A DNA stretch of 49,972 nt, counting the filler, from Sphacelaria rigidula (lineage: Eukaryota), in NCBI GenBank assembly GCA_964200075.2. It is 3 parts of 3 records of this genome, joined end to end, with 100 filler letters (N's around TTAATTAATTAA, not from the genome) between each part and the next. Parts side by side here need not be neighbours in the genome. Positions count along the whole stretch, not along the records: positions 1 to 16,593 come from CAXNAA020001306.1; 2 more parts are not named here. One strand, given 5' to 3'. Both the position numbers and the translations under genes were made by a program. Positions 1 to 11,205 of this stretch are shown in pieces (within the stretch, counting starts at the first letter, position 1; each line of letters opens with the position of its first letter). Below the pieces are notes generated by a model. That model searched no databases and was not told where the DNA came from. It saw only the letters and a list, made by a program, of their open reading frames with translations.

Positions 1-37
1 CCCCCCCTCCTCCTCCCCACCCCCCGCCCCTTACACC

Positions 38-178
38 GGCCACTCGTGGATATCTTCGCCGTAGGTGTTACTCCGCAAAGGACCACGGCGTAGAAGGTCA
101 TCGCCGAGAAGGATTCGGCGAAGTATTCGCTGCTTGGCTTGCTCTGTTTCGTGCTCGCTGCGGCCTGGGAGCCACGTC
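38..178 (-). CDS. Possible internal coding exon of an unidentified gene
   Basis: Minus strand reads TWLPGRSEHETEQAKQRILRRILLGDDLLRRGPLRSNTYGEDIHEWP after a CAG, followed by GTGTAAG, with a poly-C tract upstream. No family recognised; reading frame ambiguous. Confidence 0.25.
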
Positions 179-254
179 TGCCGTTCTCGTAGTCACTGTC
201 AATTCTGGCGAGAATTTTGTGTGGGGGGGGGGGGGGGGGGGCGGGGGGGCAGCA

Positions 255-1245
255 AACGTGTTTCATTGTAACTCGGTCACATCCGTCGAACACCAAATTT
301 TTGCGACAATTATGTCGAAACTAATTCTACTTGGTTGGGTAGCTCTGAACAGAAAGCATAGAGCTCTGCGAACGTGTTCGTCGAGTTCGGCGTTGCCAAA
401 CACGGAGAAGAATGCTCAAATTTGTTTACAAAATACGGGGATAGACCAATTGAATCCCCGAATTGTCTCTTTTCCCTCTTTAGTGCCAGAAGGTGATGCA
501 TTGTGAGGCATTATGATGGATTGCGATGAGTAAAGGTTTGTGCCAGAGGCAAATATCTGGAATGTCCTAGCTCTAGGTGTTCCATTTTCGCAGCGTTGTC
601 GATTTCTGGTGATTAGGGGGCATCACTCAACGTGCGTCATAGTACCTTAATCGTAACGCATCAACACCAAATTTTGGGAGATTACTGTCAAAACGTATCT
701 CGATGGGTGAATAAAGCAGAAAAAGAAGAAAAGGTTTTCGTCGTGTACGGCGTTGCCAAACACAGAATTAATGGCGAAAAATGTTCCGAAAACCAGGAGA
801 TAGGCCATTTTCATCCCTGCTTTTTTTTTTTGCGAAACGGACCGTACTAGTGTCAAACATATTTGTACCGAAAGAGAAGGCCTGAAACGTCCCAGGTGTT
901 CCATTTTCGTAGTCATTATCGATTTCTGATGAAAAATGAATGACTAGGGGGCACCACTCAACGTGCGTGATAGAGTACCTTGATCAAAACCGATGAACAC
1001 CAAACTTTGAAAGATTACTATTAAAACGTATTTCAGTGGGTTAAAAAAGAAAAAAAATGGGAAACAATAGTTTTCGTCGAGTACGGGGTCGCCAAATACC
1101 GACTTAACGGCGAAATTTTGTTCCGAAAAACAGGGGATAAGCGATTTTCATCCCCGATTCGAATTTTTCTTCCCTTTTTTTCTTGAAAACGGACCGCACT
1201 AATCTATTAAACATTTGCACCAGAGGAGAAGGTCTGAGACGTCTA
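255..1245. repeat. Three diverged tandem units of ~330-370 bp
   Basis: Recurring blocks CGTG(T/C)(T/G)T..A, AACACCAAA(T/C)TTT, TTCGTCG(A/T)GT(T/A)CGG and ATCCCC/ATCCCT start near 257, 631 and 962. Confidence 0.8.
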
Positions 1246-1858
1246 AGGTCGCGAGAAATCAATTGCTGCGTAAAGTGTACCGTAATTGAAACAGAGGGTG
1301 TTTTGGCCGCATTTTTACGTCAATAGAGCCATACTCCACATCTACTCCTGCAACTTGGTTTAATTATTGTTCAATTTTGAAAAACTTGGGTGATAGAGGA
1401 TTGACTTGTCTTTCTCCGAATACTCTGGTCATTGTTCTACGTGTCTTGGTTCCCACGAACCAGAGTTTTCCCCGTCAGGTGCCTCAAGCGTACCTTACTT
1501 GGTACATTTACCTCTAGTATTTTCAAGGTTAAAGTTACCGTGGCGCCAGATGAACTCTCTCTCGCGCTGGCAGTTCTCGCATTCATGTTTGGTGCCGACT
1601 ATTATCAGACCCTGTCTCGAAGAAGGCTTACTGCCTGCGTGGTCGAAGGTGGAAATATTCTGCGAAAAAGAGCAACCAAGGGTCCGAATAGTCCGTTGCA
1701 AAAGTCGATCAAATTTCTGGAAGTACCGCGGGTATGATGGATGCATGCGTTATTTGTGTGCATGTATATTCCATTGAAAGGCACGAACTCAATTGACACC
1801 ACCTCTCGAATGCGCTTCGTCACTAACACAGCGCAAGGTGGCGAAATCACAATGATTA

Positions 1859-2878
1859 CGAGCTGGGCAAAAGCCTAAACACGGACTCCAGTTGTCATAG
1901 CCATATATATCTCATCGACGTAAACGAATTGGACCGCGATCCACACATAACGTTTTCGTGAGATTGAGAGTGGAGCGCTGATTGAGAGTGGCTTAGATAA
2001 TTCGCTTTAACTTCGCCAACGTTTTATTCCGTGTGTGCTCTTCTTTGCCTCCATCACTGGCGTGTGCTTACAGCTACACGTCAATATTCTAGTTAGGGGT
2101 ATCAAGGGCCCCAGTGCCAAGCTACTACGGAAAGCATATTGGGCCTCGGGGAGGGGCATTTCGGAACTGAAACGATTCATCCACTTATTAACCACTTTTC
2201 ACTCTCAATCGTACCCTCTACTCTCAACCTCACGAAAACACTGCTGCATATATATATCGTTAATAATGTAATCAAAGACCAGATGTTCATCTACCCGACA
2301 GCCCTTCAGAAGTTTTGTTGATGACTGAGCACTGTGTCGAGTAAGTGCCGTGAGTACGGAGATATCTCCTAACTAAGGTCTATTCGAGATCCTGTTGCAA
2401 TATACTTGGCAGATGGCGTTGATTGTTAGTGTGAACATTTCTCGGACACGGGGGAACAATCGATATCCTCTCACCCTAACCAGATCCTTCATCTATCGAG
2501 ATAATTGGCGTTTTCAAGATTTGACGCTAAATTCAGTATATTGCAATAAAAGCACTGAATCTGGATTCCCCACCTCAGTTTTGAGAAATTTGCTTCGAAA
2601 TTGCGTGTGGAGGATCGCAGGGAAAGTAATAAGAACCCATCCTGCGCACTGAGATTTTTTCTTTTCTTCATGAGTTGAGGGGAGGGCATTTTTTTGAAGA
2701 ATGGTTCTTGTTTTATGTCCTTCAATCGTGAAACATATAAAATAATCTCAATTAGCAGAATGCGTTCCTTGTTTTCCCCCCCGCGATATTCTGGACCAAA
2801 TTTTGAAGCACATTTCTCAGAACTGGGGTGGGAAATTCCCTTTGAAACTCACATCAATTTCTAAGCTGGCCCAGCTCG
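1859..2878. mobile_element. Non-autonomous Tc1/mariner-like element with TA flanks
   Basis: TA|CGAGCTGGGC at the left end and GCCCAGCTCG|TA at the right end. Related termini occur at 13750, 16414, 28791 and 34457. The internal segment 2340-2560 recurs at 15060-15280 (inverted) and 28975-29170. Confidence 0.6.
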
Positions 2879-3760
2879 TACACGAAAATAGTGTTTGTAC
2901 TCGGCTTTCGACTTTGTCCTTTAATAAAAGCCCTGCACACAGAAAGGTGTGTATGGGGAGAGCATTTTCTCCACGCATGTCGACAGGCAATTCGTCCTCG
3001 TGCTCCTGTTAGTTTGCTATCTCATCGTAGACCTCGCCGCTGGCGCCCGAGGCAGCAGCACGTTAATCCCCGTAATCCATGCGAGTTCTTTCTTCTCAAT
3101 ACTACAGTAAGGTACTCCGTTTACGCAACCTTCCACGATCGTACTGCCTGCACTCTCACAGTGAACTGGCTGGCTGTTCGGGCCGCCGTTCCGCGCATCT
3201 GCTACTGCGTCCCCCCACCATTCTCTCAGCGTTTGAATTGACAGCGGCTTCGATCTCCGGTATCATCGGCAAAAAACATTTCAAGCCCTGATGAGCCTTC
3301 CAGCATCTGTTCGACATTCGTCGCCTCGAATTTATGATGAATCTCATGTATATTTCATTTATTTCAACTATTAGGCGATTACAAATTCTTCTGCTCCAAC
3401 TAAACACATATTCCCTCGATTGGGAATATTCATTTTTTTCTGGAAAAAACGTGCCCATGAAGGGGGTAGGTAGTTTGTTACCATGACCCAGACGAAACCA
3501 ATATAAACACTGTTGTTAGGAGCGGTGACAGGTGTCGTTGAAAGCAAGAATAAGCAAGTGCATACTCATGCAGCACATGGTTTGGTAGGGCTGGTGAAAT
3601 GGTCGCATGTCAAAAATTACGACACCGTGTATTCAGACTGTTGCTATTTATAACGAACGTGACCCGCCGACTTTTGTTTATTGATTGCTGTCTATGTGTT
3701 ACCCTCGCTCCGTCCCGCGCATCGCCTGGTCCCCCGCAATATTTACACTCATGATGACAG

Positions 3761-4333
3761 GACCACGAGCGTGATGATGCCGCTGCCAGACGCTCGCTAC
3801 GCAAACACTCCACCACGCGAGGTCGTGACGCAAGGCATTCAGTCCTCGGGCAAGCCATGCGATCTAGCCGTGTCGTCGGCCATGAGATGGACAACCACCG
3901 GGAGCAACACGAGCATTACCACCACCAAGGCCTGGACGGCGGCGCCAAGCGGGAAAGTTCGGATACAGCAGCACTTTCCCGTGAATCGCCAAGTATTGGA
4001 AACATCAAGAGGGCGGTATCGCGAACGACAGCTGCGAGGTGGACCAACGCGGAAGTTCCTTCGGCTTCTAGGTTTGGTGACAACTGGAGCGCTGCGGAAA
4101 ATGGCAATAGTCATGGGGATGCCGAATTACATGACGCAGACCCCCCGTCGACGCAAGGAGAAAATAGCAGTGATCGAGGACCACATGGAGGACGCACGGG
4201 GATGGGGGAAACAAACGATGGTTGCGAAAATGGAGCTGATACTGCTCACAGTGACAGCAGAGGGAGGAAGGAAAACCGACATGATTTCGAGGCGAGTGAA
4301 GTCGTAGAAAAAGCTGTTCGCTTGTTTCGATGA
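3761..4333 (+). CDS. Low-complexity coding-like segment, probably the upstream part of the 4590-6902 gene (frame-disrupted)
   Basis: Open frame from CAG|GAC at 3761 (DHERDDAAARRSLRKH...MDNHREQHEHYHHQG...) with the same charged, disordered composition as the downstream ORF. 4330-4590 contains stops and frame changes. Confidence 0.35.
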   Translation, partial: DHERDDAAARRSLRKHSTTRGRDARHSVLGQAMRSSRVVGHEMDNHREQHEHYHHQGLDGGAKRESSDTAALSRESPSIGNIKRAVSRTTAARWTNAEVPSASRFGDNWSAAENGNSHGDAELHDADPPSTQGENSSDRGPHGGRTGMGETNDGCENGADTAHSDSRGRKENRHDFEASEVVEKAVRLFR

Positions 4334-4589
4334 CAACATACAAGCACGCGAAAACGACACACAGTTCAATGATGCAGTCCTCCAAAATCCTTGTACCTAC
4401 GAGATGTGCCAGTCACTACGCCCGATATCTCTGAACGTAGTCATAGAGCAATATTAATAGTAGACTACAATACCAGCAACGCTAACCGGGATGTGCACCT
4501 CAATCTCATGGATCATCCTACGAAACCCGAACGAGGCACAAGTGATTCGGGGACGCTAACAAGATGAGCGTCTTATTGGTGGCGTCTTC

Positions 4590-6530
4590 GTGAGGTATTT
4601 TCACCAACATGTGAAACACTGCTGTCGATGTCGCTGCCACCACCTACAACAGGAACACACCTCAGCGAGGACACTCGAACAGGTATCCTCTACGGCCTCG
4701 ACGAAGTCACGAAATAAATCAAAGAAAGCGACGACAGCGGCGGCGGCAAATCTACAAGAAAAATACCCGCATGAGGATCCGTCGATGTTGTTACCGGAAC
4801 CGCCGTCTGAATGTATCGCCGATACTCATGGCGTTACGAGGATAGTTGTGCCACCCTGTGCGAAACGATCACATTTGGATGTCCTTCCCCGTCCGTCACC
4901 GAGCACAGCGTATTCCCTCCACGAACTCAACAAAGCTGAGGCATGTTCTCTTGCTTCTTCGGCAACCGGATCTCGCGAAACATGGAGCCAACAATCATTC
5001 CCTGTAAGAGAAGAGGCAGATATTTGTGGCAATATCTTGCCGAAGCAGAAAATGCGGTCGACGCTAGATAAGGTGGCCGATGTTACGGCACCGATGACAT
5101 CACCACAGAGTAGTCGCGAGGACGTCGTTGAGGATGGTCCTTTCGATGCTTGTGAGCTAGACCAACAAGATCTGGACGAGCAAGACCGTACAAGTTTACG
5201 GCTTTCGGGGGAGGGGGGGAAATATGTAAACGTCAATACAAGAGACATTGTCAAACGTGAGAGTAATGTTTCGCAAGATACTAACAGCGAAGGTACAAAC
5301 GAAGACCACACGACCACAGGGGAAGTCCATGGCCGGGAACCCATTTCCCTGACAACCGCCGGCAAGACCCTCAAGGCGCTAACGCTAAGCATAGAGAGCC
5401 TGGTATCTTGGGGAGCCGGCGAGGATTCGGTGACAGGAGGTGATCACAAGGCCCCATCACCTTTCTCAATCATCCTGGACAGTTACACCTCCGCCGCGGG
5501 AGTAGCGACGCTGCGGGGTTCGGTGCAAGCCACATCGACTGAAGCGGTGGTGGCTGCATCGGATGGACACAAAGCTTCTCACGATGTACAACCGCTCGAG
5601 AGTTTCGAGCTCGGCACGCGTTGTCGTGCGGTATTGGATCTCATCAGCCAGTACGCACATGAAGTCCTGCCTGAACGGCTCCTGTCAGGTCTGGTCACCG
5701 TCGGCAAGGTGCGTGCGCAGCACCGCAAGAGGGGGCCGCCGGGAAGGGTTGAGCTGTTTGACGCCTTGTTTTCTCACATCCACCGTTTGACCGCCTCGAG
5801 AGAAGCCAACCCTGCTGCGGTGGCCGCAATCTTTGCCCCGTGTTTTTTTGAGTCATTCCGAAAGGAGACACACCAAGCACACGTTGATGGTGGCAGCGGT
5901 GACAGAGGGGACTGCGGTATCGAGCGACGTTTTCGACGGAAGATTTTGTCTCTCTTGGAAGAAGCGGCGGATCCGGATGGACCGACGCCAAATCGAACAC
6001 CACCGATACGAGGTGCAAGTATAAGGGGTGTTGGACATCCTGAGCTAGGCATCACTGGCTGGAGCAGCAGCAACGTTTGTACTGGTGGGGACCGCCACGG
6101 GGAAGAATTGGACAGAAATAATAAAAATAGCGGTACGAGAGCAAAGAGTAGAAACCACAGCAGTGACGACGGTGCCTTGTGGACATCGAAGCGCCGCACC
6201 AGCAGCAGCAGTGATGTTCCTAACGCACCACGGGTTCGGCAAGCGCAACAAACATCGTCAGCGACACTGGTACAAGAACAACCGTCTTTTCAGCAAGAAT
6301 GCCCACAAAAGGGACCACTACCAGTGTCGCCAGTGGATTTCAACACCATGGTGTCGTCAGCTGGGAGGCGAGGGTCGGGGAGAGCTTCTAAAACCACTCC
6401 CTCGGGGGTGCTCTTGGGCTTGAGCAGCAGGAAAGCTGGCAAGAAGAAGGAGTCTCTTGACTTGTCTGCTGTGACCGGCATACTAACTGATTGTTTCGGA
6501 GACAATGGTCATGACCTACCGGAATTCAGG
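4590..6530 (+). CDS. Large exon of a mostly disordered protein with a possible degenerate RhoGAP-like domain
   Basis: ~650-codon open frame ending at a phase-0 donor AGG|GTATGC (6531). LFDALFSHIHRLTASREANPAAVAAIFAPCFF resembles the RhoGAP C-terminal helices (L..L..HL..V.....N.M...NLA.VF.P.L). True 5' boundary uncertain. Confidence 0.7.
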
Positions 6531-6872
6531 GTATGCGCGACAACGAACTTGTGGGGGAAGTTAACCGTACATGTTGAAGTTTTGAATATAATCGCTGCGG
6601 GAGCTCAGACCTCTCTCCTCCAGATATTTTTCAGGTGTTGGCCATCGACTGCTTTTCGAATGTATTCATGCGTCTGTACTTTAATTTTGGTTTCTCATTG
6701 AAGATGGGGCTTTGAATTGCACCCTATGAGGTGCAACGCACGAAAATATCGAATGAAGTAAAGTAGACACAATCCTCAAAGGTGTGGTCAACGTTGACAT
6801 TCGATACGTATAGCGCTATTTGAACCCCTCCCACCCCCGCCCTGCGTTCTGTTGCTTCCTCTCGGTGAGAAG

Positions 6873-6902
6873 GCGGATGAGCTCTTAGACGACGAGTTTT
6901 AA
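6873..6902 (+). CDS. Probable terminal exon (ADELLDDEF*) of the large-exon gene
   Basis: Pyrimidine tract then AG|GCGGATGAGCTCTTAGACGACGAGTTTTAA, in phase 0 with the 6531 donor. Confidence 0.55.
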   Translation, partial: ADELLDDEF

Positions 6903-8106
6903 GGAAAAACTGGACGTTTCCATTACGTGACCTATTTTGCTTCTAAAGGAGTGAGGGGCAAGCACAGGCTGGCTTCGCAGTCTAATATTCGGTAGCTATG
7001 CACTACGAGCAATGGGAGCATCATTACTGTTGGGCTCATGCAAGGAAACGCCTTTCTACATTCTACTTCTTCGTGGGGCGTCATTGGAGCCGTGCATGGG
7101 ACTCGGGCCTTTCGAATAGCTATTTCTGAAGGAATTTTCCAACCCTTGCGAAGATGTGCGGACCTCGTTCTGGATGGCGTTGACACTAGAATACTCAGGA
7201 CAAATACTTGACCGAAATCCGTCAACCGACTCGGTAATCAGAAGTATTTTTTCTCCTCTTTTTCTTGTTTACGATCGCGCTTGCGTATTTTCTTCGCGAG
7301 TTCACGGTGCGGTGGTGTGTTCGGGTTCTCATGTTGCAAACAGTTGCGGAACAACATTGTTGCCGGTTACTCTAAGCCACAATCGGCAGACGGATTGCAC
7401 GGCCTGTAGGTTGACATCCAACTACATGTGGCTTTATCGAGAAACTTTCTTGAACGCCAAAAATGAATCTAGCGTCACATTTGCTCTACCCAGCACCATA
7501 GCATCGTCGTACTGGTCCGCTCGATGTTGAGATATATAATACAGAAAATAACATCAGCCCCTCGCACGATCCGGTAGAGACAGACATCCTGGCACCGAGC
7601 GACCGCTCTCATCGTTCGCATACACAACAAACGATACCGCTTAAACCTCTACAGCTATTGGCTGACGCAGACTGCTACCGACATCCTACCGCACGCCATG
7701 TCCACGGCAATATTACGCTTCGAAACATCTCCCGTGCAGCACAGCACGGCGAGTCTTCACTTCCTAACAACACTGCGACTTTGACCCGCTCGGCCGTCCA
7801 AAGTACTCCCTGGTGGGTCTTGTTCAGAAGATAGATGGGACCCGTAGGAATAGACTCGCTTTCACGGGTCGAGCGCGTGTTCAAATAATCATCAGCGTCA
7901 ACCTTTCATCGAGGGTAATGCATTTGGACTTCGGTAGCGTTCCAGACACCCCATTTTGTAGAAAAGAAGCAACGCACGTCTCATATTTTGTCCCATACGT
8001 AGCACCATTATTCGAAAAAAACGTGAAGAAAAACAGGGAGCAATACACATGAATATTCCCACTTACCCCGTTTCCCCAACGCTGACCTGATAAACATATC
8101 AATATT

Positions 8107-9441
8107 TTAGAACGCGTACTCCGTAAGCGCTCCTGGTCTTACGGCGAGGCCGGCCGACGCGTCGACAACTGCCCCGTGAAACATAGACGCAGCGAGAGAG
8201 GAACACATCCAGTATACGGCCTCACCGACCTCCTCTGGCTGTATGAGCCGCCCTTGCGGCAGCGCACGCACAAAGTGCTCCCGCTCCATCTGGCTCATGT
8301 TGTCAAGGGTACTCGCCTTAAACATGTCCGTCAATGTCGCCCCCGGAGAAAGGCACACAAAGTCTACGGCAGCGTCAATCTCGGTTCGACCAACAGCACT
8401 TGTAACATCATCCGCATTTTCGTCACCGCCACTGCTGCTTTTATGGCGAGGGCGTCGTCGAGCGGCGAAGTGCCGACATGCGTAGGCCAGCGCCGCTTTG
8501 CTCATCGCATCTGCCGCTCGAAAGGCGGGGAACACAGATTGGGAGGCCCCGCCAACGGAGCCTATGAACAACACCGTTTGCTTGCCGGTCACTGGGACTG
8601 CTGCCGAACCACTCGCACTTCCCGGTGCTATTGGTGCCAATTTGTTGTCTTCTTCTTGGATTTTCGCCTTCTTTTTCTTCGCCGACATATTCTCACCAGT
8701 AGTATCTGAGTAATCGCGCACCTGAGATTGCGGCGGCGGCAGTGGCAGCGGCATCATCATGGGCAAGAGGGCCTCCGTTAGCCACATTGGTCCCAGAGCG
8801 TTCACCCGCATAAGCGCCAAATCCTCTTCCGCCCTTCGGTAGGCTTCGTCGCTGTCGTGACCCTTATCTTTATTTTTCTCATCCTGATTTTCTGACTGTT
8901 GCTGCTGCATTCCTTTGTAGTTCTTTACCGTTGCCACGCCGAGAGCGGCATTGTTGATCAAGGCGTTGAGCTGTCGGCCGTTTCGCCACGTGTCAACCTC
9001 CGCCGCAAAAGCGCGGATGTCGTGGAAGTCTCCTTGATCGAGGTGGCGACACTGCACGCGACCCGGGGGCTGAAAGGACATCTCAACACGCTCGGCAGAG
9101 TCGCGGTCCGAACAGTAGGTGAAGAGAACGCGCGCGCCGCGCTTTGCGAAGGACTCGACGCATGCCTTACCTATCCCCTTCGAGCCTCCAGTCACCACCA
9201 CAAGGATATCACTGTCAGATTCAGGAGGGGCAGAATCCATAGTTGCTCCAGCCTCTATGCTGACTACACCGCGCTTGTGTTTACGAGTGGCATCTTCCTC
9301 TTTGCTGTGAGGCTCGATGCTGTCGGCACCGTTTCTTACCACACTTTTTCCTTCGGCAACGCCCGTTTCTTCTGTCGCAGCTAGGACCGGCTGGGTCATG
9401 CCTTCAGCAACTCCAGCTGCTGCTACAACAGCGGTCTCCAT
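8107..9441 (-). CDS. Short-chain dehydrogenase/reductase (SDR), single long ORF, atypical DxxxK active-site motif
   Basis: TGGSKGIG (TGxxxGxG), LINNAA, VNALGP, FIGSVGG (catalytic Ser), DAMSKAA at the YxxxK position, LSPGATLTDM, GRLIQPEEVG. First in-frame ATG at 9441; the open frame extends to 9510. Confidence 0.92.
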   Translation of the reverse strand: METAVVAAAGVAEGMTQPVLAATEETGVAEGKSVVRNGADSIEPHSKEEDATRKHKRGVVSIEAGATMDSAPPESDSDILVVVTGGSKGIGKACVESFAKRGARVLFTYCSDRDSAERVEMSFQPPGRVQCRHLDQGDFHDIRAFAAEVDTWRNGRQLNALINNAALGVATVKNYKGMQQQQSENQDEKNKDKGHDSDEAYRRAEEDLALMRVNALGPMWLTEALLPMMMPLPLPPPQSQVRDYSDTTGENMSAKKKKAKIQEEDNKLAPIAPGSASGSAAVPVTGKQTVLFIGSVGGASQSVFPAFRAADAMSKAALAYACRHFAARRRPRHKSSSGGDENADDVTSAVGRTEIDAAVDFVCLSPGATLTDMFKASTLDNMSQMEREHFVRALPQGRLIQPEEVGEAVYWMCSSLAASMFHGAVVDASAGLAVRPGALTEYAF

Positions 9442-10039
9442 ACATGAACGCTGCGTACACCGATTGTCGTAACGCTGCGCTTGTTTTACCTTATTGCTTA
9501 ATCGATTCAATGAAACAGGCAGAATATTCAGTACCTTTGTGACCCTTTTCCACCAAGCCAGCGCTAGATCACACCTTATTTGGCGATCCCAGGCAGAGCA
9601 TTATCCATCGCGGGCCTCCAAGAGCTGCGAGACTGTGTTTATCCCACTTCTGAACAGGTTCTTGTGAATTTGGAACCAGTTCTAATCCATTGAGTTTCTG
9701 CACAACGTTGGATCGAGGTTGGAGCAGTATGTTTCGGAATTTGCTCTTCTCGTGAATCTAGTGGAATCCCTGTTTTCAAATTCCTCGGCAGGCTTAAACG
9801 CGCAATGTGAAGCAAAATGCTACTCAACCTGCGGTAAGAATGGAGACGATATGTTCCTCCTCACCACCTCGCGTAGCTTTTCTCTATCCTAGTGACATCT
9901 GCGCACCACTCGCGACAGAAAAACGACAAACAAACGCCATCGATGATAATCCAAAACAGTAATAATGCTGTACCTCTGGGTGGTGGGTGGGATGGAAACG
10001 AAATATTATTTGTTCTACTTGACAATATGGCCGAAAAGT

Positions 10040-10285
10040 GCGTGTGTGTGTTGCCACCCCAGTCTACACCCCATCTGTTTATATGTCGGCGCATCAGATT
10101 CCCTGCGGAGTCAGTTGAAGTGCGACAATCAATCAATCACAAGAACCAAATAAAACCAGCCGGGGTCACACAGGAGGACGACCAACACAGGACTTTTTTT
10201 CTTTTTTTCTCTTGTTTTAGTACTCCCCCCCCCTTCCTTGTGCGGTGCTTGCCTAATTTTTATTGCGAGAGGGTTCAGTTGCACT
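10040..10285 (-). mobile_element. Partial copy of SINE family B carrying a short AAGTGCGACA(ATCA)n insert
   Basis: CCAGTCTACACC, CAGCCGGGGTCACACAGGAGG and TGCGGTGCTTGCC...GCGAGAGGGTTCAG match 38172-38430. Confidence 0.6.
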
Positions 10286-10697
10286 TTCGTAAAAAACAAG
10301 CTGTGCACACATAATTGTAATAGATGGATCGACTGTACCCAAGTCGTGCAACAATGCGTGCGCGCTGTCGGCTCTCTACAAGTCATGTACTACAATAAGT
10401 ACTCTGTGCTATATATTCACCAAAAGCAATCAGTCTGAGCACACAAAAGTATATATATGAGGTCACTGCCTGCAAGCCGTATGCTATGCGCGTGCCATGT
10501 GCCGGCTCCCAAGGGTACCGTATGACATTATTTGACCGGCTCTGTTGTGCACGGATAAATTCATCATGTTCATGCTCGGCGGGTCTGCACTAGTGTACGA
10601 GTACTGTGAAACTGGTTCTACATTGCCAAGGTGTTTTATTTATCAGCCTGCGGAGGCACAAATTTTCTGGGATTCTGCATTGGGTTGGACTGGCATG

Positions 10698-11079
10698 TAG
10701 GCCCTGACCGATAAGGCATGCCTTCCTTTTTGCCTTGGATCCCCTTTTCGAAAAGGGGTTGCCTGATGAGGTGTTCTATGCCTGAGATACCTTATTCAAC
10801 AAAGCCAAACACATTATACCACAGAAACAGTAGCAATAAATCAAGCTTATGACAACGCCCACTCGAATTATTAGGGTAACCGGAGTGATTGTTCAAGGCA
10901 AGTAAGTCTAAGGCAAGTCTAAGGCAAGTCTCAGGCATCCCGAGCTATAAACTAAGGCATTTCAGGTATGAGTACGGGATAAGACATGCCTTAGTAGTTG
11001 CCTGAGGCCAACTATTTTGCCCGAGACGTGCCTTAAATGGTTTGCCTTAGACCCCTTCGGCACGCCTGATCAGAGCCTA
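10698..11079. mobile_element. hAT-like MITE with a perfect 8-bp target-site duplication
   Basis: CTGGCATG at 10690-10697 and 11080-11087; termini TAGGCCCTGA... and ...TCAGAGCCTA; many internal AGGCA/TGCCT motifs. A related fragment lies at 21950-22090. Confidence 0.85.
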
Positions 11080-11205
11080 CTGGCATGTCTGCACAGATGT
11101 CTGATAGAACTGGTTCTACTCTCCCGGCAGGTTCTCTTTCCTGCCTTCGCCGGTAGAAGTAAGGTCGCAACCCGTTTTATCTTCCCGCAACAGCTACTTG
11201 CAGAC

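Noticed and set aside
6531-6701. C-terminal 56 codons of the 703-aa ORF
   Set aside because: Follows a good donor site and changes composition; probably intron read-through.
11017-11205. N-terminal extension of the EboF-like ORF from the ORF track
   Set aside because: Starts at TTG inside the hAT-like MITE; family similarity begins only at ATG 11206.
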